From: Candidatus Aldehydirespirator sp.
GTDB taxonomy: Bacteria; Actinomycetota; Acidimicrobiia; Acidimicrobiales; Aldehydirespiratoraceae
Direction: 5' to 3'
Length of the DNA: 64,000 nucleotides
Assembly: GCA_965261105.1 (NCBI GenBank)
Contig: CBDHCM010000006.1
Coordinates: 1,284,405 to 1,348,404, forward strand
Under the pieces are notes generated by a model. It was not told the DNA's origin. It saw only the letters and a program-made list of their open reading frames with translations, and searched no databases. The position numbers and the translations under genes are program-made. Of this stretch, positions 38,197-48,600 are shown in pieces (the stretch's first letter is position 1; each line of letters opens with the position of its first letter).

Positions 38197-39465
38197 TCAG
38201 CTGGCGAAGTATAGCTGTATGACCGCTAGCACGTCGTCTTTGGTGATGCGGCCGGCGGAGTAGTCGGCCACCGCCGCGATGGTCTCGTCACGGTCGATCA
38301 CTTCGTTGTTGTTCACGTCGTAGGAACCTGAGTGCACGTCGGTGACTGTGATGGTCACCGCGACGGTCGCGCTCGCGCCCGATGAGTCCGTGGCAGTGAC
38401 GGTCACCTCGTAGACGTTCTTCTCGGCCTCGTAGTCCAGTGCCGTCTCGGCCCGGACCCTGATCTGGCCCGTGTCGGCGTCGATGGTGAACAAGGCCGCG
38501 TCGGCGCCGCCGAGCGTGTAGGTCAGCGCGCCGCCGTCCTGGCCCATGACTGCGACCGGATCGCCCACGACCTCGCCCTCGCCGGTGTTCTCCGCCACGC
38601 TTCTCTCTGTCGCGTCGTCGACGACGGTCACGGCCACCCCGGCGACGGTCACCCCGGCGTACTCGGCGGCGCTGCCGGCGGCCACCACCATGTGGGTGAT
38701 GGAGGCCATTTCGCCAACTGCGTCGGTGTCGTGGGCCGCGGCCACTGTCACCGTCTGGGCCGTGCTCCACGTGGCCGTGGTGAAGGTCAGGGTGCTCTGG
38801 TCGCCGGACGCCGCGGCGTCGGTGTCCACCGTCACGTCGGCGTTGTCGCTGGTCACGCTGATCACCACGTCAGAGGCGGGCTCGGCGTCGAGGACCACCG
38901 TGTAGGCGTTGGCGCCGCCCTCGGCCACCGCCACTTCGGTGGCCGACACCGTCACCCCCGGCCTCTCGTTCACGGTGACAAAGAAGCGCAGGCCAACACG
39001 GTCGCCGTCGGAATCGGTCGCGGTATAGGTGAACCGGGTCCGCGGCAACGCCGCGCCGGGCGTGCCGGTGATGGTGAGGTTCGAGTTGAAGCGCAGCCCC
39101 GGCGGCAGGTCCGGCGACAGGCTGTACCGCAGGCCGCCGTCACCCCGAAGAGCGGAGGGCAGGCTCACCGTCCCCACGTCTTCGCCCACCGTGTAGATCT
39201 GGTCGCCCACCGTACGCGAGGCGAACGTCGGAGTCTGGCCGGACGAACCTTCTCCGTCGGACGAACCTTCTGCTCCGGGCGAACCTTCTCCTCTGGGCGA
39301 ACCTTCTCCTCCGGGCGAACCACCACCGGGCGAACCTTCTCCTCCGGACGAATCACCGCCGGACGAATCACCGTCGGACGAATCACCGTCGGACGAATCA
39401 CCGTCGGACGAATCACCGCCGGACGGCGGGGTTACGGTGTCGTCGTCGGTGACGGTCACCGCCAC
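38197..39465 (-). CDS. 3' part of the shorter paralogous surface protein (Gly/Ser/Asp linker, He_PIG-like Ig domain, one ~110-aa repeat, cadherin domain, EF-hand/dockerin-like C-terminus)
   Basis: 422 aa, about 95% identical to the C-terminal ~420 aa of ORF 42613..50910. It is separated from ORF 39456..41423 only by a frameshift caused by an apparent 64-nt deletion at about 39505. Confidence 0.75.
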   Translation of the reverse strand: MAVTVTDDDTVTPPSGGDSSDGDSSDGDSSDGDSSGGDSSGGEGSPGGGSPGGEGSPRGEGSPGAEGSSDGEGSSGQTPTFASRTVGDQIYTVGEDVGTVSLPSALRGDGGLRYSLSPDLPPGLRFNSNLTITGTPGAALPRTRFTYTATDSDGDRVGLRFFVTVNERPGVTVSATEVAVAEGGANAYTVVLDAEPASDVVISVTSDNADVTVDTDAAASGDQSTLTFTTATWSTAQTVTVAAAHDTDAVGEMASITHMVVAAGSAAEYAGVTVAGVAVTVVDDATERSVAENTGEGEVVGDPVAVMGQDGGALTYTLGGADAALFTIDADTGQIRVRAETALDYEAEKNVYEVTVTATDSSGASATVAVTITVTDVHSGSYDVNNNEVIDRDETIAAVADYSAGRITKDDVLAVIQLYFAS

Positions 39466-41423
39466 CGCGGCGATGGTCGCGTTGTCGAACTCGTTGGCGC
39501 TGCGGCGACGGTCACCGTCTGGGCTGTGCTCCAGTTGCTGTTGGTGAAGGTCAGGGTGGCCGGAGTCGCCGTCACGTCGGCGCTGCCGCGCTTGGTGACG
39601 CTGATCACCACGTTGGAGGAGGGCTGCCCGTTCAGCGCCACCGTGTAGGTTCCGCTGCCGCCCTCGTCCACCGTCAGCGCGGACTTGGACACCGTCGCCC
39701 CGCCGTCGTCGTCGGTGACGGTCACCGCCACCGCGGCGATGGTCGCGGTGGCGAACTCGTCGGCGCTTTCGGCAGCGACCACAGTGTGCCTGATGGTTGC
39801 CGTTTCGTTCAGCGCGTCGGCGTCCTGGGCCGCGGCCACCGTCACCGTCTGCGCCGTGTTCCAGTCGCTCGGGGTGAAGGTCAGCGGCCTACCCGCCGGG
39901 GCCACGCTGATACGGCCCCCGCGCTGATACCACCTCGAAGGCGCCGTCACGTCCGCGTTGTCGCTGGTCAACTTGATCACCACGGCATAGGAGGGCTCGG
40001 CGTCCAGGGTCACCGCGTAGGAGCCGATGCCGCCCTCGGCCACCGTCAGCGTGGACGGCGACACCGTCACCGTGTAGGTGTCGTCGTCGGTGACGGTCAC
40101 CGCCACCGTGTCGATGGTCGCCACGACGTACTCGTTGGAGCTGCTGCTGGACAGCACAAAATGGCTGATGGAGGCCGTTTCGGCGTGCCGGGCGTCGGCG
40201 TCGTGGGCGGCGGCCACCGTCACCGTCTGCGCTGTGTTCCAGTTGCTCGGGGTGAAGGTCAGGGTGGCCGGAGACACCGTCACGTCGCTGCTGCCGCTCT
40301 TGTTGACGCTGATCACCACGTTGGAGACGGGCGGTACGGTCAGCTTCACGGTGTACGTGGCGCTGCCGCCCTCGGCCACCGTCAGCGCGGACGCTGACAC
40401 CGTCACCCCGGCGGTCTCGTTTTCGACGATGAACGCCAACATCTGGCTCGTCCCATAGTCGTATTCGTCGGCGCTTGCGGCGGCCACCACCGTGTGGGTG
40501 ATGATCGCCGCGTCGCTCCGGGCGTCGGCGTCCTGGGCGACGGCCACCGTCACCGTCCGCGCCGTGTTCCAGTTGCTCGGGGTGAAGGTCAGCCCGTTCT
40601 GGTTGCCGGACGTCGCCGCGTCGGTGTCCAGCGTCACGTTCGCTTTGTCGCTGGTCACCGTGATCACCACGTTGGAGGTGGGCAGTACGGCCAGCTTCAC
40701 GGTGTACGTGGCGCTGCCGCCCTCGGCCACCCTCAGCGAGGTCTTGGACATGATCAACCCGGGGATGTCGTCGTCGACGACGACCACCGCCACCGCGACG
40801 ATGATTGCGCCGTCGTACGCGTCGGCGCTGCTGGCGGCCACCACCGCGTGGCTGATGGAACCATTGTCGTACACCTTGTCGCTGTCCTGGGCCGCGGACA
40901 CCGTCACCGTCTGCGCCGTGTTCCAGTTGCTCGGGGTGAAGGTCAGCGTGGCCGGAGACACCGTCACGTCGCTGCTGCCGCTCTTGGTGACGCTGATCAC
41001 CACGTTGGAGGCGGGCACTAGGGTCAGCTTCACGGTGTACGTGGCGCTGCCGCCCTCGGCCACCCTCAGCGAGGTCTTGGACACGATCATCCCATATACG
41101 GCCTGCAGCGCCACCCTGGCGTCGTGGAAGGACGCGGCATCGCCGCCGCCCAGCGTGTAGGTCAGCACGTCGCTGTCGGCGTCCATGGCCCCGACCGGCG
41201 CGCCGCCGTCTGCGCCTGCGGCGGCGTTCTCGGCCACCGACCGGGCGCCGTCCTCGCTGGACGGGAACGCCGGCTGGCTGTTGGCCGTCTGCGCCGAGGC
41301 GCTACCCAGGGTCAGGAAGGCAGCAAGCGGAACCCATACCGCCGCCAGCAACAGCATCCGCGGCCAGCGGTGACCTGTTTCTGAGAAAAACTCGGAGGGT
41401 GGCCGAGGAATTGAAGAAGTCAT
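39456..41423 (-). CDS. 5' part of the shorter paralogous surface protein (signal peptide, truncated cadherin domain, about five ~110-aa repeats)
   Basis: 655 aa. MLLLAAVWVPLAAFLTLGSASAQTANSQPAFPSSEDGARSVAEN... parallels the N-terminus of the giant gene; an alternative start is ATG 41357. The repeats read SLRVAEGGSATYTVKL..P.SNVVI.V...LTFTPSNWNTAQTVTV.AAQD.D. Confidence 0.75.
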   Translation of the reverse strand: MTSSIPRPPSEFFSETGHRWPRMLLLAAVWVPLAAFLTLGSASAQTANSQPAFPSSEDGARSVAENAAAGADGGAPVGAMDADSDVLTYTLGGGDAASFHDARVALQAVYGMIVSKTSLRVAEGGSATYTVKLTLVPASNVVISVTKSGSSDVTVSPATLTFTPSNWNTAQTVTVSAAQDSDKVYDNGSISHAVVAASSADAYDGAIIVAVAVVVVDDDIPGLIMSKTSLRVAEGGSATYTVKLAVLPTSNVVITVTSDKANVTLDTDAATSGNQNGLTFTPSNWNTARTVTVAVAQDADARSDAAIITHTVVAAASADEYDYGTSQMLAFIVENETAGVTVSASALTVAEGGSATYTVKLTVPPVSNVVISVNKSGSSDVTVSPATLTFTPSNWNTAQTVTVAAAHDADARHAETASISHFVLSSSSSNEYVVATIDTVAVTVTDDDTYTVTVSPSTLTVAEGGIGSYAVTLDAEPSYAVVIKLTSDNADVTAPSRWYQRGGRISVAPAGRPLTFTPSDWNTAQTVTVAAAQDADALNETATIRHTVVAAESADEFATATIAAVAVTVTDDDGGATVSKSALTVDEGGSGTYTVALNGQPSSNVVISVTKRGSADVTATPATLTFTNSNWSTAQTVTVAAAPTSSTTRPSPRWR

Positions 41424-41651
41424 GCCAGCTCTTGGGGGTTGTGGTGGTGGCGGTTTAGGCGATGGTAGTGGAGGCGCTGTTCCTTGGTCCGCGCGGGAAC
41501 CCTCGCGGGCACGGCACCGTTCAGGCCCAGCCGGAGCGCCTGTCGATCAGCGGGAGGTCGACGAAGTTCATGGCGAAGAATCCGGCGATCAGGTGAGACG
41601 CCCAGCAGCGAGCATGCCCGCCCGCGGGCACACCCTGCCGCGGGGCGTGGG

Positions 41652-42608
41652 CTACCGCCGACGTCTGCGGACGTACACGGTGATGGCAGCGGCCGCCGAG
41701 ACGGCGAATGCGCCTAGCAGAGCGATCAACCCTACTGGCGGGCCTTCCTCTGGTTCTGGTGCCGTGGTGGGGGTGGTTGTGGTTGTGGGTGCCGTGGTTG
41801 TGGTGGGTTCGGGTTCTGTGGTTGTGGTGGGTTCGGGTTCTGTGGTTGTGGGTGCCGTGGTTGTGGTGGGTGCGGGTTCTGTGGTTGTGGTGGGTGCGGC
41901 GGTGGTGGTGGGTGCGGGTTCTGTGGTTGTGGTTGTGGTGGGTGCGGCGGTGGTGGTGGGTGCGGGTTCTGTGGTTGTGGTTGTGGTGGGTGCGGCGGTG
42001 GTGGTGGGTGCGGCGGTGGTGGTGGGTGCGGCGGTGGTGGTGGGTGCGGCGGTGGTGGTGGGTGCGGCGGTTGTGGTGGGTGCGGCGGTGGTGGTGGGTG
42101 CGGCGGTGGTGGTGGGTGCGGCGGTGGTGGTGGGTGCGGGTTCGGGGCCGACCCTGATGCTGGATTCGCCGTCTACCGCCTGTTCGGCCTTGTTCGTGTC
42201 AAGCAGGATCCCTGAGAAGGAGTAGACGCCCGCCGCGCTGGGGGCGGCGACCGTATACGTGAAGCGCTCGTCGCCCAGCAGCGTGAAGGCGACGGTCGCG
42301 CCATTGACTGCCACCGCTGCTTGGGACAGGTCGGAGCCTTCGTAGCTGAACCCAGACGGCAGCGTTTCCACGACCTGGCCGAAGCCGCCGTATCCGGCGG
42401 CGGTGATCGTGACCTCCAACGCCCCGCCGGGAAGGACCCACGGCGCGGAGAAGGACCGGACGGCCTTGTGCGACGTCGCCTCCACGGGAGCGGAATGCAA
42501 CAGACCCGCGAATCCGGCAACGGCCACGGCGACCGCTAACAACGCCAACGTTCTCCTGGTCAAAGCTCCCCGCCCATGCCGGCTACCGCTCTTCACTCCC
42601 CAGCGCAT
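41652..42608 (-). CDS. secreted single-domain protein with long Pro/Thr linker and C-terminal TM anchor plus RRRRR tail
   Basis: 318 aa with signal peptide TRRTLALLAVAVAVAGFAGLLHSAPVEA. A ~130-aa beta-sandwich-like domain follows (SFSAPWVLPGGALEVTITAAGYGGFGQVVETLPSGFSYEGS...FTYTVAAPSAAGVYSFSGILLD). Next comes ~130 aa of APTTTA/TTTTTEPAPTTTA repeats, ending PEPEEGPPVGLIALLGAFAVSAAAAITVYVRRRRR. The start lies 4 nt after the giant gene stop. Confidence 0.8.
   Translation of the reverse strand: MRWGVKSGSRHGRGALTRRTLALLAVAVAVAGFAGLLHSAPVEATSHKAVRSFSAPWVLPGGALEVTITAAGYGGFGQVVETLPSGFSYEGSDLSQAAVAVNGATVAFTLLGDERFTYTVAAPSAAGVYSFSGILLDTNKAEQAVDGESSIRVGPEPAPTTTAAPTTTAAPTTTAAPTTTAAPTTTAAPTTTAAPTTTAAPTTTAAPTTTTTTEPAPTTTAAPTTTTTTEPAPTTTAAPTTTTEPAPTTTTAPTTTEPEPTTTTEPEPTTTTAPTTTTTPTTAPEPEEGPPVGLIALLGAFAVSAAAAITVYVRRRRR
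41750..42150. repeat. 18-nt-based low-complexity tandem repeats encoding the Pro/Thr linker
   Basis: GGTGGGTGCGGCGGTGGT and variants are iterated on the plus strand, giving (APTTTA)n on the minus strand. Confidence 0.9.
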
Positions 42609-42612
42609 CGAA

Positions 42613-45600
42613 TCAGCCGGAGAAGTATAGCTGTATCACCGCTAGCACGTCGTCTTTGGTGATTCGGCCGGCGAAGTAGTCGGCCACCGCCGCGATGGTC
42701 TCGTCACGGTCGACCACTTCGTTGTTGTCCACGTCGTAGGAACCTGAGTGCACGTCGGTGACTGTGATGGTCACCGCGACGGTCGCGCTCGCGCCCGATG
42801 AGTCCGTGGCAGTGACGGTCACCTCGTAGACGTTCTTGTCGGCCTCGTAGTCCAGTGCCGTCTCGGCCCGGACCCTGATCTGGCCCGTGTCGGCGTCGAT
42901 GGTGAACAAGGCCGCGTCGGCGCCGCCGAGCGTGTAGGTCAGCGCGCCGCCGTCCTGGCCCATGACTGCGACCGGACCGCCCACGACCTCGCCCTCGCCG
43001 GTGTTCTCCGCCACGCTCCTCTCTGCCACGTCGTCGTCGTCGGCGACGGTCACAGCCACCCCGGCGACGGCCACCGCGGCGTACTCGGCGGCGCTGCCGG
43101 CGGCCACCACCATGTGCGAGACGGCGGCCGCGTCGTCCACCGCGTCGGCGTCGTGGGCCGCGGCCACCGTCACCGTCTGGGCCGTGCTCCACGTGGCCGT
43201 GGTGAAGGTCAGGGTGCTCTGGTCGCCGGACGCCGCGGCGTCGGTGTCCACCGTCACGTCGGCGTTGTCGCTGGTCACGCTGATCACCACGTCAGAGGCG
43301 GGCTCGGCGTCGAGGACCACCGTGTAGGCGTTGGCGCCGCCCTCGGCCACCGCCACCTCGGTGGCCGACACCGTCACCCCCGGCCTCTCGCTCACGGTGA
43401 CAAAGAAGCGCAGGCCAACACTGTCGCCGTCGGAATCGGTCGCGGTGTAGGTGAACCGGGTCCGCGGCAACGCCGCGCCGGGCGTGCCGGTGATGGTGCG
43501 GTTCGAGTTGAAGCGCAGCCCCGGCGGCAGCCCCGGCGACAGGCTGTACCGCAGGCCGCCGTCACCCCGAAGAGCGGAGGGCAGGCTCACCGTCCCCACA
43601 TCCTCACCCACCGTATAGATCTGGTCGCCCACCGTACGCGAGGAGAACGTCGGAATCTGGTCGGGCGAAACACCGCCGCCGGGCGAACCACCACCGCCGG
43701 GCGAACCACCGCCACCGGGCGAACCACCGCCACCGGGCGAACCACCACCGGACGGCGGGGTTACGGTGTCGTCGTCGGCGACGGTCACCGCCACCGCGGC
43801 GATGGTCGCGTTGTCGAACTCGTTGGCGCTGCGGGAGGCGTTGACGGCGTGGGCGATGGATGCCGTGTCGTTCGCGGTGTCGGTGTCGTGGGCGGCCCGC
43901 ACCGTCACCGTCTGGGCTGTGCCCCAGTTGCTGGTGGTGAAGGTCAGGGTGGCCGGCGTTGCCGTCACGTCGCTGCTGCCGCTCCTGGTGACGTTGATCA
44001 CCACGTTGGATGCGGGCTGGGCGTCGAGCACCACGGTGTAGGTGTTGTTGGCGCCCTCGGCGACTGTCAGCGCGGACTTGGACACCGTCACCGCGGCGTC
44101 GTCGTCGGTGACGGTGACGCTCACCGCGGCGATGGTCACGGTGTCGTACTCGTTGGCGCTTTGGGAGGCGTTGACGGTGTGGGTGATGGATGCTGTGTCG
44201 TTCGCGGTGTCGGTGTCGTGGGCGGCCCGCACCGTCACCGTCTGGGCTGTGCTCCAGTTGCTCGGGGTGAGCGTCAGGGTGGCCGGCGTCGCGGTCACGT
44301 CGCTGCTGCCGCTCCTGGTGACGTTGATCACCACGTTGGATGCGGGCTGGGCGTTCAGCACCACGGTGTAGGTGTTGTTGGCGCCCTCGCCCACTGTCAG
44401 CGTGGACTTGGACACGGTCACCGCGGCGGTGTCGTCGTCGGTGACGGACACGCTCACCGCGGCGACGGTCACGGTGTCGTACTCGTTGGCGCTGCGGGAG
44501 GCGTTGACGGCGTGGCTGATGGAGGCGGTGTCGTTCGCCGTGTCGGCGTCCTGGGCGGCCCGCACCGTCACCGTCTGGGCTGTGCCCCAGTTGCTGGCAG
44601 TGAAGGTCAGGGTGGCCGGAGTCGCGGTCACGTCGCTGCTGCCGCTTTTGGTGACGTTGATCACCACATTGGCGGAGGGCTGGGTGTTCAACACCACCGT
44701 GTAAGTCTTGTTGGCGCCTTCGGCCACCGTCACCGCAGACTCAGACACGGTCACCGCGGCGGTGTCATCGTCGGTCACAGACACCGCCACCGAGGCGACG
44801 ATAGTCACACCGTCGTACTCGTTGGCGCTTCGAGAGGCGATGACGGGGTGGGCGATGGAGGCTGTGTCGTTCACAGCGTCAGCGTCTTGGGCAGCAGCCA
44901 CCGTCACCGTCTGAGCTGTGCTCCAGTTGCTGGTGGTGAAAGTCAAAGTGGCCGGCGACGCGGTCACGTCGCTGCTGCCGCTCCTGGTGACGTTGATCAC
45001 CACATTGGCGGAGGGCTGGGTGTTCAACACCACCGTGTAAGTCTTGTTGGCACCCTCAGCCACCGTCACCGAGGACGCGGACAGGGTAACCCCGGCGGAG
45101 TCATCGTCGGTCACAGACACCGCCACCGCGGCGATAGTCACGTTGTCATACTCGTCGGCGCTTGAGGCAGCCACCACCGCGTGGGCGATGGAGGCTGTGT
45201 CGTTCACAGCGTCGGCGTCTTGGGCGGCGGCCACGGTCACCGTCTGAGTTGTGCTCCAGGTGCTGGAAGTGAAAGTCAAAGTGGCCGGCGACACCGTCAC
45301 GTCGCTGCTGCCGCTCCTGGTGACGTTGATCACCACATTGGCGGAGGGCTGGGTGTTCAACACCACCGTGTAAGTCTTGTTGGCGCCCTCAGCCACCGTC
45401 ACCGAGGACGCGGACAGGGTAACCCCGGCGGTGTCATCGTCGGTCACAGACACCGCCACCGCGGCGATAGTCACGTTGTCATACTCGTCGGCGCTTGAGG
45501 CAGCCGCCACCGCGTGGGCGATGGAGGCTGTGTCGTTCACAGTGTCGGCGTCTTGGGCGGCGGCCACGGTCACCGTCTGAGTTGTGCTCCAGGTGCTGGT

Positions 45601-48600
45601 GGTGAAAGTCAAAGTGGCCGGCGAGACCGTCACGTCGTTGCTGCCGCTCCTGGTGACGTTGATCACCACATTGGCGGAGGGTTGGGTGTTCAACACCACC
45701 GTGTAAGTCTTGTTGGCGCCTTCAGCCACCGTCACCGAGGACGCGGACAGGGTAACCCCGGCGGTGTCGTCGTCGTCGACAGACACTGTCACCGCGGCGA
45801 TAGTCACAGCATCGTACTCGTCGGCGCTTGAGGCAGCCACCACCGCGTGGGCGATGGAGGCTGTGTCGTTCACAGTGTCGGCGTCTTGGGCGGCGGCCAC
45901 GGTCACCGTCTGAGTTGTGCTCCAGTTGCTGGTGGTGAAAGTCAAAGTGGCCGGCGAGACCGTCACGTCGCTGCTGCCGCTCCTGGTGACGTTGATCACC
46001 ACATTGGCGGAGGGCTGGGTGTTCAACACCACCGTGTAAGTCTTGTTGGCACCCTCAGCCACCGTCACCGCGGTTTCGGACAGGGTAACCCCGGCGGTGT
46101 CATCGTCGGTCACAGACACCGCCACCGCGGCGATAGTCACGTTGTCATACTCGTCGGCGCTTGAGGCAGCCACCACCGCGTGGGCGATGGAGGCTGTGTC
46201 GTTCACAGTGTCGGCGTCTTGGGCGGCGGCCACGGTCACCGTCTGAGTTGTGCTCCAGTTGCTGGTGGTGAAAGTCAAAGTGGCCGGCGACGCGGTCACG
46301 TCGCTGCTGCCGCTCCTGGTGACGTTGATCACCACATTGGCGGAGGGCTGGGTGTTCAACACCACCGTGTAAGTCTTGTTGGCACCTTCGGCCACCGTCA
46401 CCGCGGTTTCGGACAGGGTAACCCCGGCGGTGTCATCGTCGGTCACAGACACCGCCACCGCGGCGATGGTCACGGCATCGTACTCGTCGGCGCTTGAGGC
46501 AGCCACCACCGCGTGGGCGATGGAGGCTGTGTCGTTCACAGTGTCGGCGTCTTGGGCGGCGGCCACGGTCACCGTCTGAGTTGTGCTCCAGTTGCTGGTG
46601 GTGAAAGTCAAAGTGGCCGGCGTCGCGGTCACGTCGCTGCTGCCGCTCCTGGTGACGTTGATCACCACATTGGCGGAGGGCTGGGTGTTCAACACCACCG
46701 TGTAAGTCTTGTTGGCACCTTCGGCCACCGTCACCGCGGTTTCGGACAGGGTAACCCCGGCGGTGTCATCGTCGGTCACAGACACCGCCACCGCGGCGAT
46801 GGTCACGGCATCGTACTCGTCGGCGCTTGAGGCAGCCACCACCGCGTGGGCGATGGAGGCTGTGTCGTTCACAGCGTCAGCGTCTTGGGCAGCAGCCACC
46901 GTCACCGTCTGAGCTGTGCCCCAGTTGCTGGAAGTGAAGGTCAGGGTGGCCGGAGTTGCGGTCACGTCGCTGCTGCCGCTCCTGGTGACGTTGATCACCA
47001 CGTCGGATGCGGGCTGGGTGTTCAACACCACCGTGTAAGTCTTGTTGGCACCCTCAGCCACCGTCACCGAGGACGCGGACAGGGTAACCGCGGCGGTGTC
47101 GTCGTCGGTGACGGTGACGGTCACCGCGGCGATGGTCGCGTTGTCGTACTCGTTGGCGCTTTCGGCGGCGTTGACGGCGTGGCTGATGGAGGCTGTGTCG
47201 TTCGCGGTGTCGGCGTCGTGGGCGGCGGCGACGGTCACTGTCTGGGCTGTGCTCCAGTTGATCGGGGTGAAGGTCAGGGTGTCTTGGCTGCCGGACGTCC
47301 CCGTGTCGGTATCCACCGTCACGTCGGAATTGTTGCTGGTCACCGCGATCACCACGTTGGAGGAGGGCTGGGCGTCAAGCACCACCGTGTAGGTGTTGTT
47401 GTTGCCCTCGGCGACTGTCAGCGTGGACTTGGACACGGTCACCGCGGCGGTGTCGTCGTCGGTGACGGTGACGGTCACCGCGGCGATGGAGGCGTTGTCG
47501 TACTCGTTGGCGCTGCGGGAGGCGTCGACGGTGTGGGTGATGGAGGCTGTGTCGTTCGCGGTGTCGGCGTCGTGGGCGGCGGCGACGGTCACCGTCTGGG
47601 CTGTGCTCCAGTTGCTGGTGGTGAAGGTCAGGGTGGCCGGCGTCGCGGTCACGTCGCTGCTGCCGCTCCTGGTGACGTTGATCACCACGTCAGAGGAGGG
47701 CTGGGCGTCGAGCACCACCGTGTAGGTGTTGTTGTTGCCCTCGGCGACTGTCAGCGTGGACTTGGACATGGTCACCGCGGCGGTGTCGTCGTCGGTGACG
47801 GTGACGGTCACCGCGGCGATGGTGGCGTTGTCGTACTCGTTGGCGCTGCGGGAGGCGTCGACGGTGTGGGTGATGGAGGCTGTGTCGTTCGCGGTGTCGG
47901 CGTCGTGGGCGGCGGCGACGGTCACTGTCTGGGCTGTGCTCCAGTTGTTGGTGGTGAAGGTCAGGGTGGCCGGCGTCGCGGTCACGTCGCTGCTGCCGCT
48001 CTTGGTGACGTTGATCACCACGTCAGAGGAGGGCTGGGCGTCGAGCACCACCGTGTAGGAGCCGCTGCCGCCCTCGTCCACCGTCAGCGCGGACTTGGAC
48101 ACCGTCACCGCGGCGTCGTCGTCGGTGACGGTGACGGTCACCGCGGCGATGGTCACGTTGACGTACTCGTTGGCGCTGCGGGAGGCGTCGACTGCGTGGG
48201 CGATGGATGCCGTGTCGTTCGCCGCGTCGGCGTCCTGGGCGGCGGCCACGGTCACCGTCTGGGCCGTGCCCCAGCTACTGGTGGTGAAAGTCAAAGTGGC
48301 CGGCGACACCGTCACGTCGCTGCTGCCGCTCTTGGTGACGTTGATCACCACGTCAGAGGAGGGCTGGGCGTCGAGCACCACCGTGTAGGAGCCGCTGCCG
48401 CCCTCGTCCACCGTCAGCGCGGACCCAGACACCGTCACCGCGGCGTCGTCGTCGGTGACGGACACGCTCACCGCGGCGATAGTCACAGCATCGTACTCGT
48501 CGGCGCTTGAGGCAGCCACCACCGCGTGGGCGATGGATGCCGTGTCGTTCGCCGCGTCGGCGTCTTGGGCGGCGGCCACGGTCACCGTCTGAGTTGTGCT

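Noticed and set aside
41708-42157. 149-aa Trp/Arg/Val ORF (WWWVRRWWWV...) and the 267-aa Gly/Val/Ala ORF 41422..42225
   Set aside because: Both are antisense readings of the (APTTTA)n linker repeats. They are pure low-complexity sequence.
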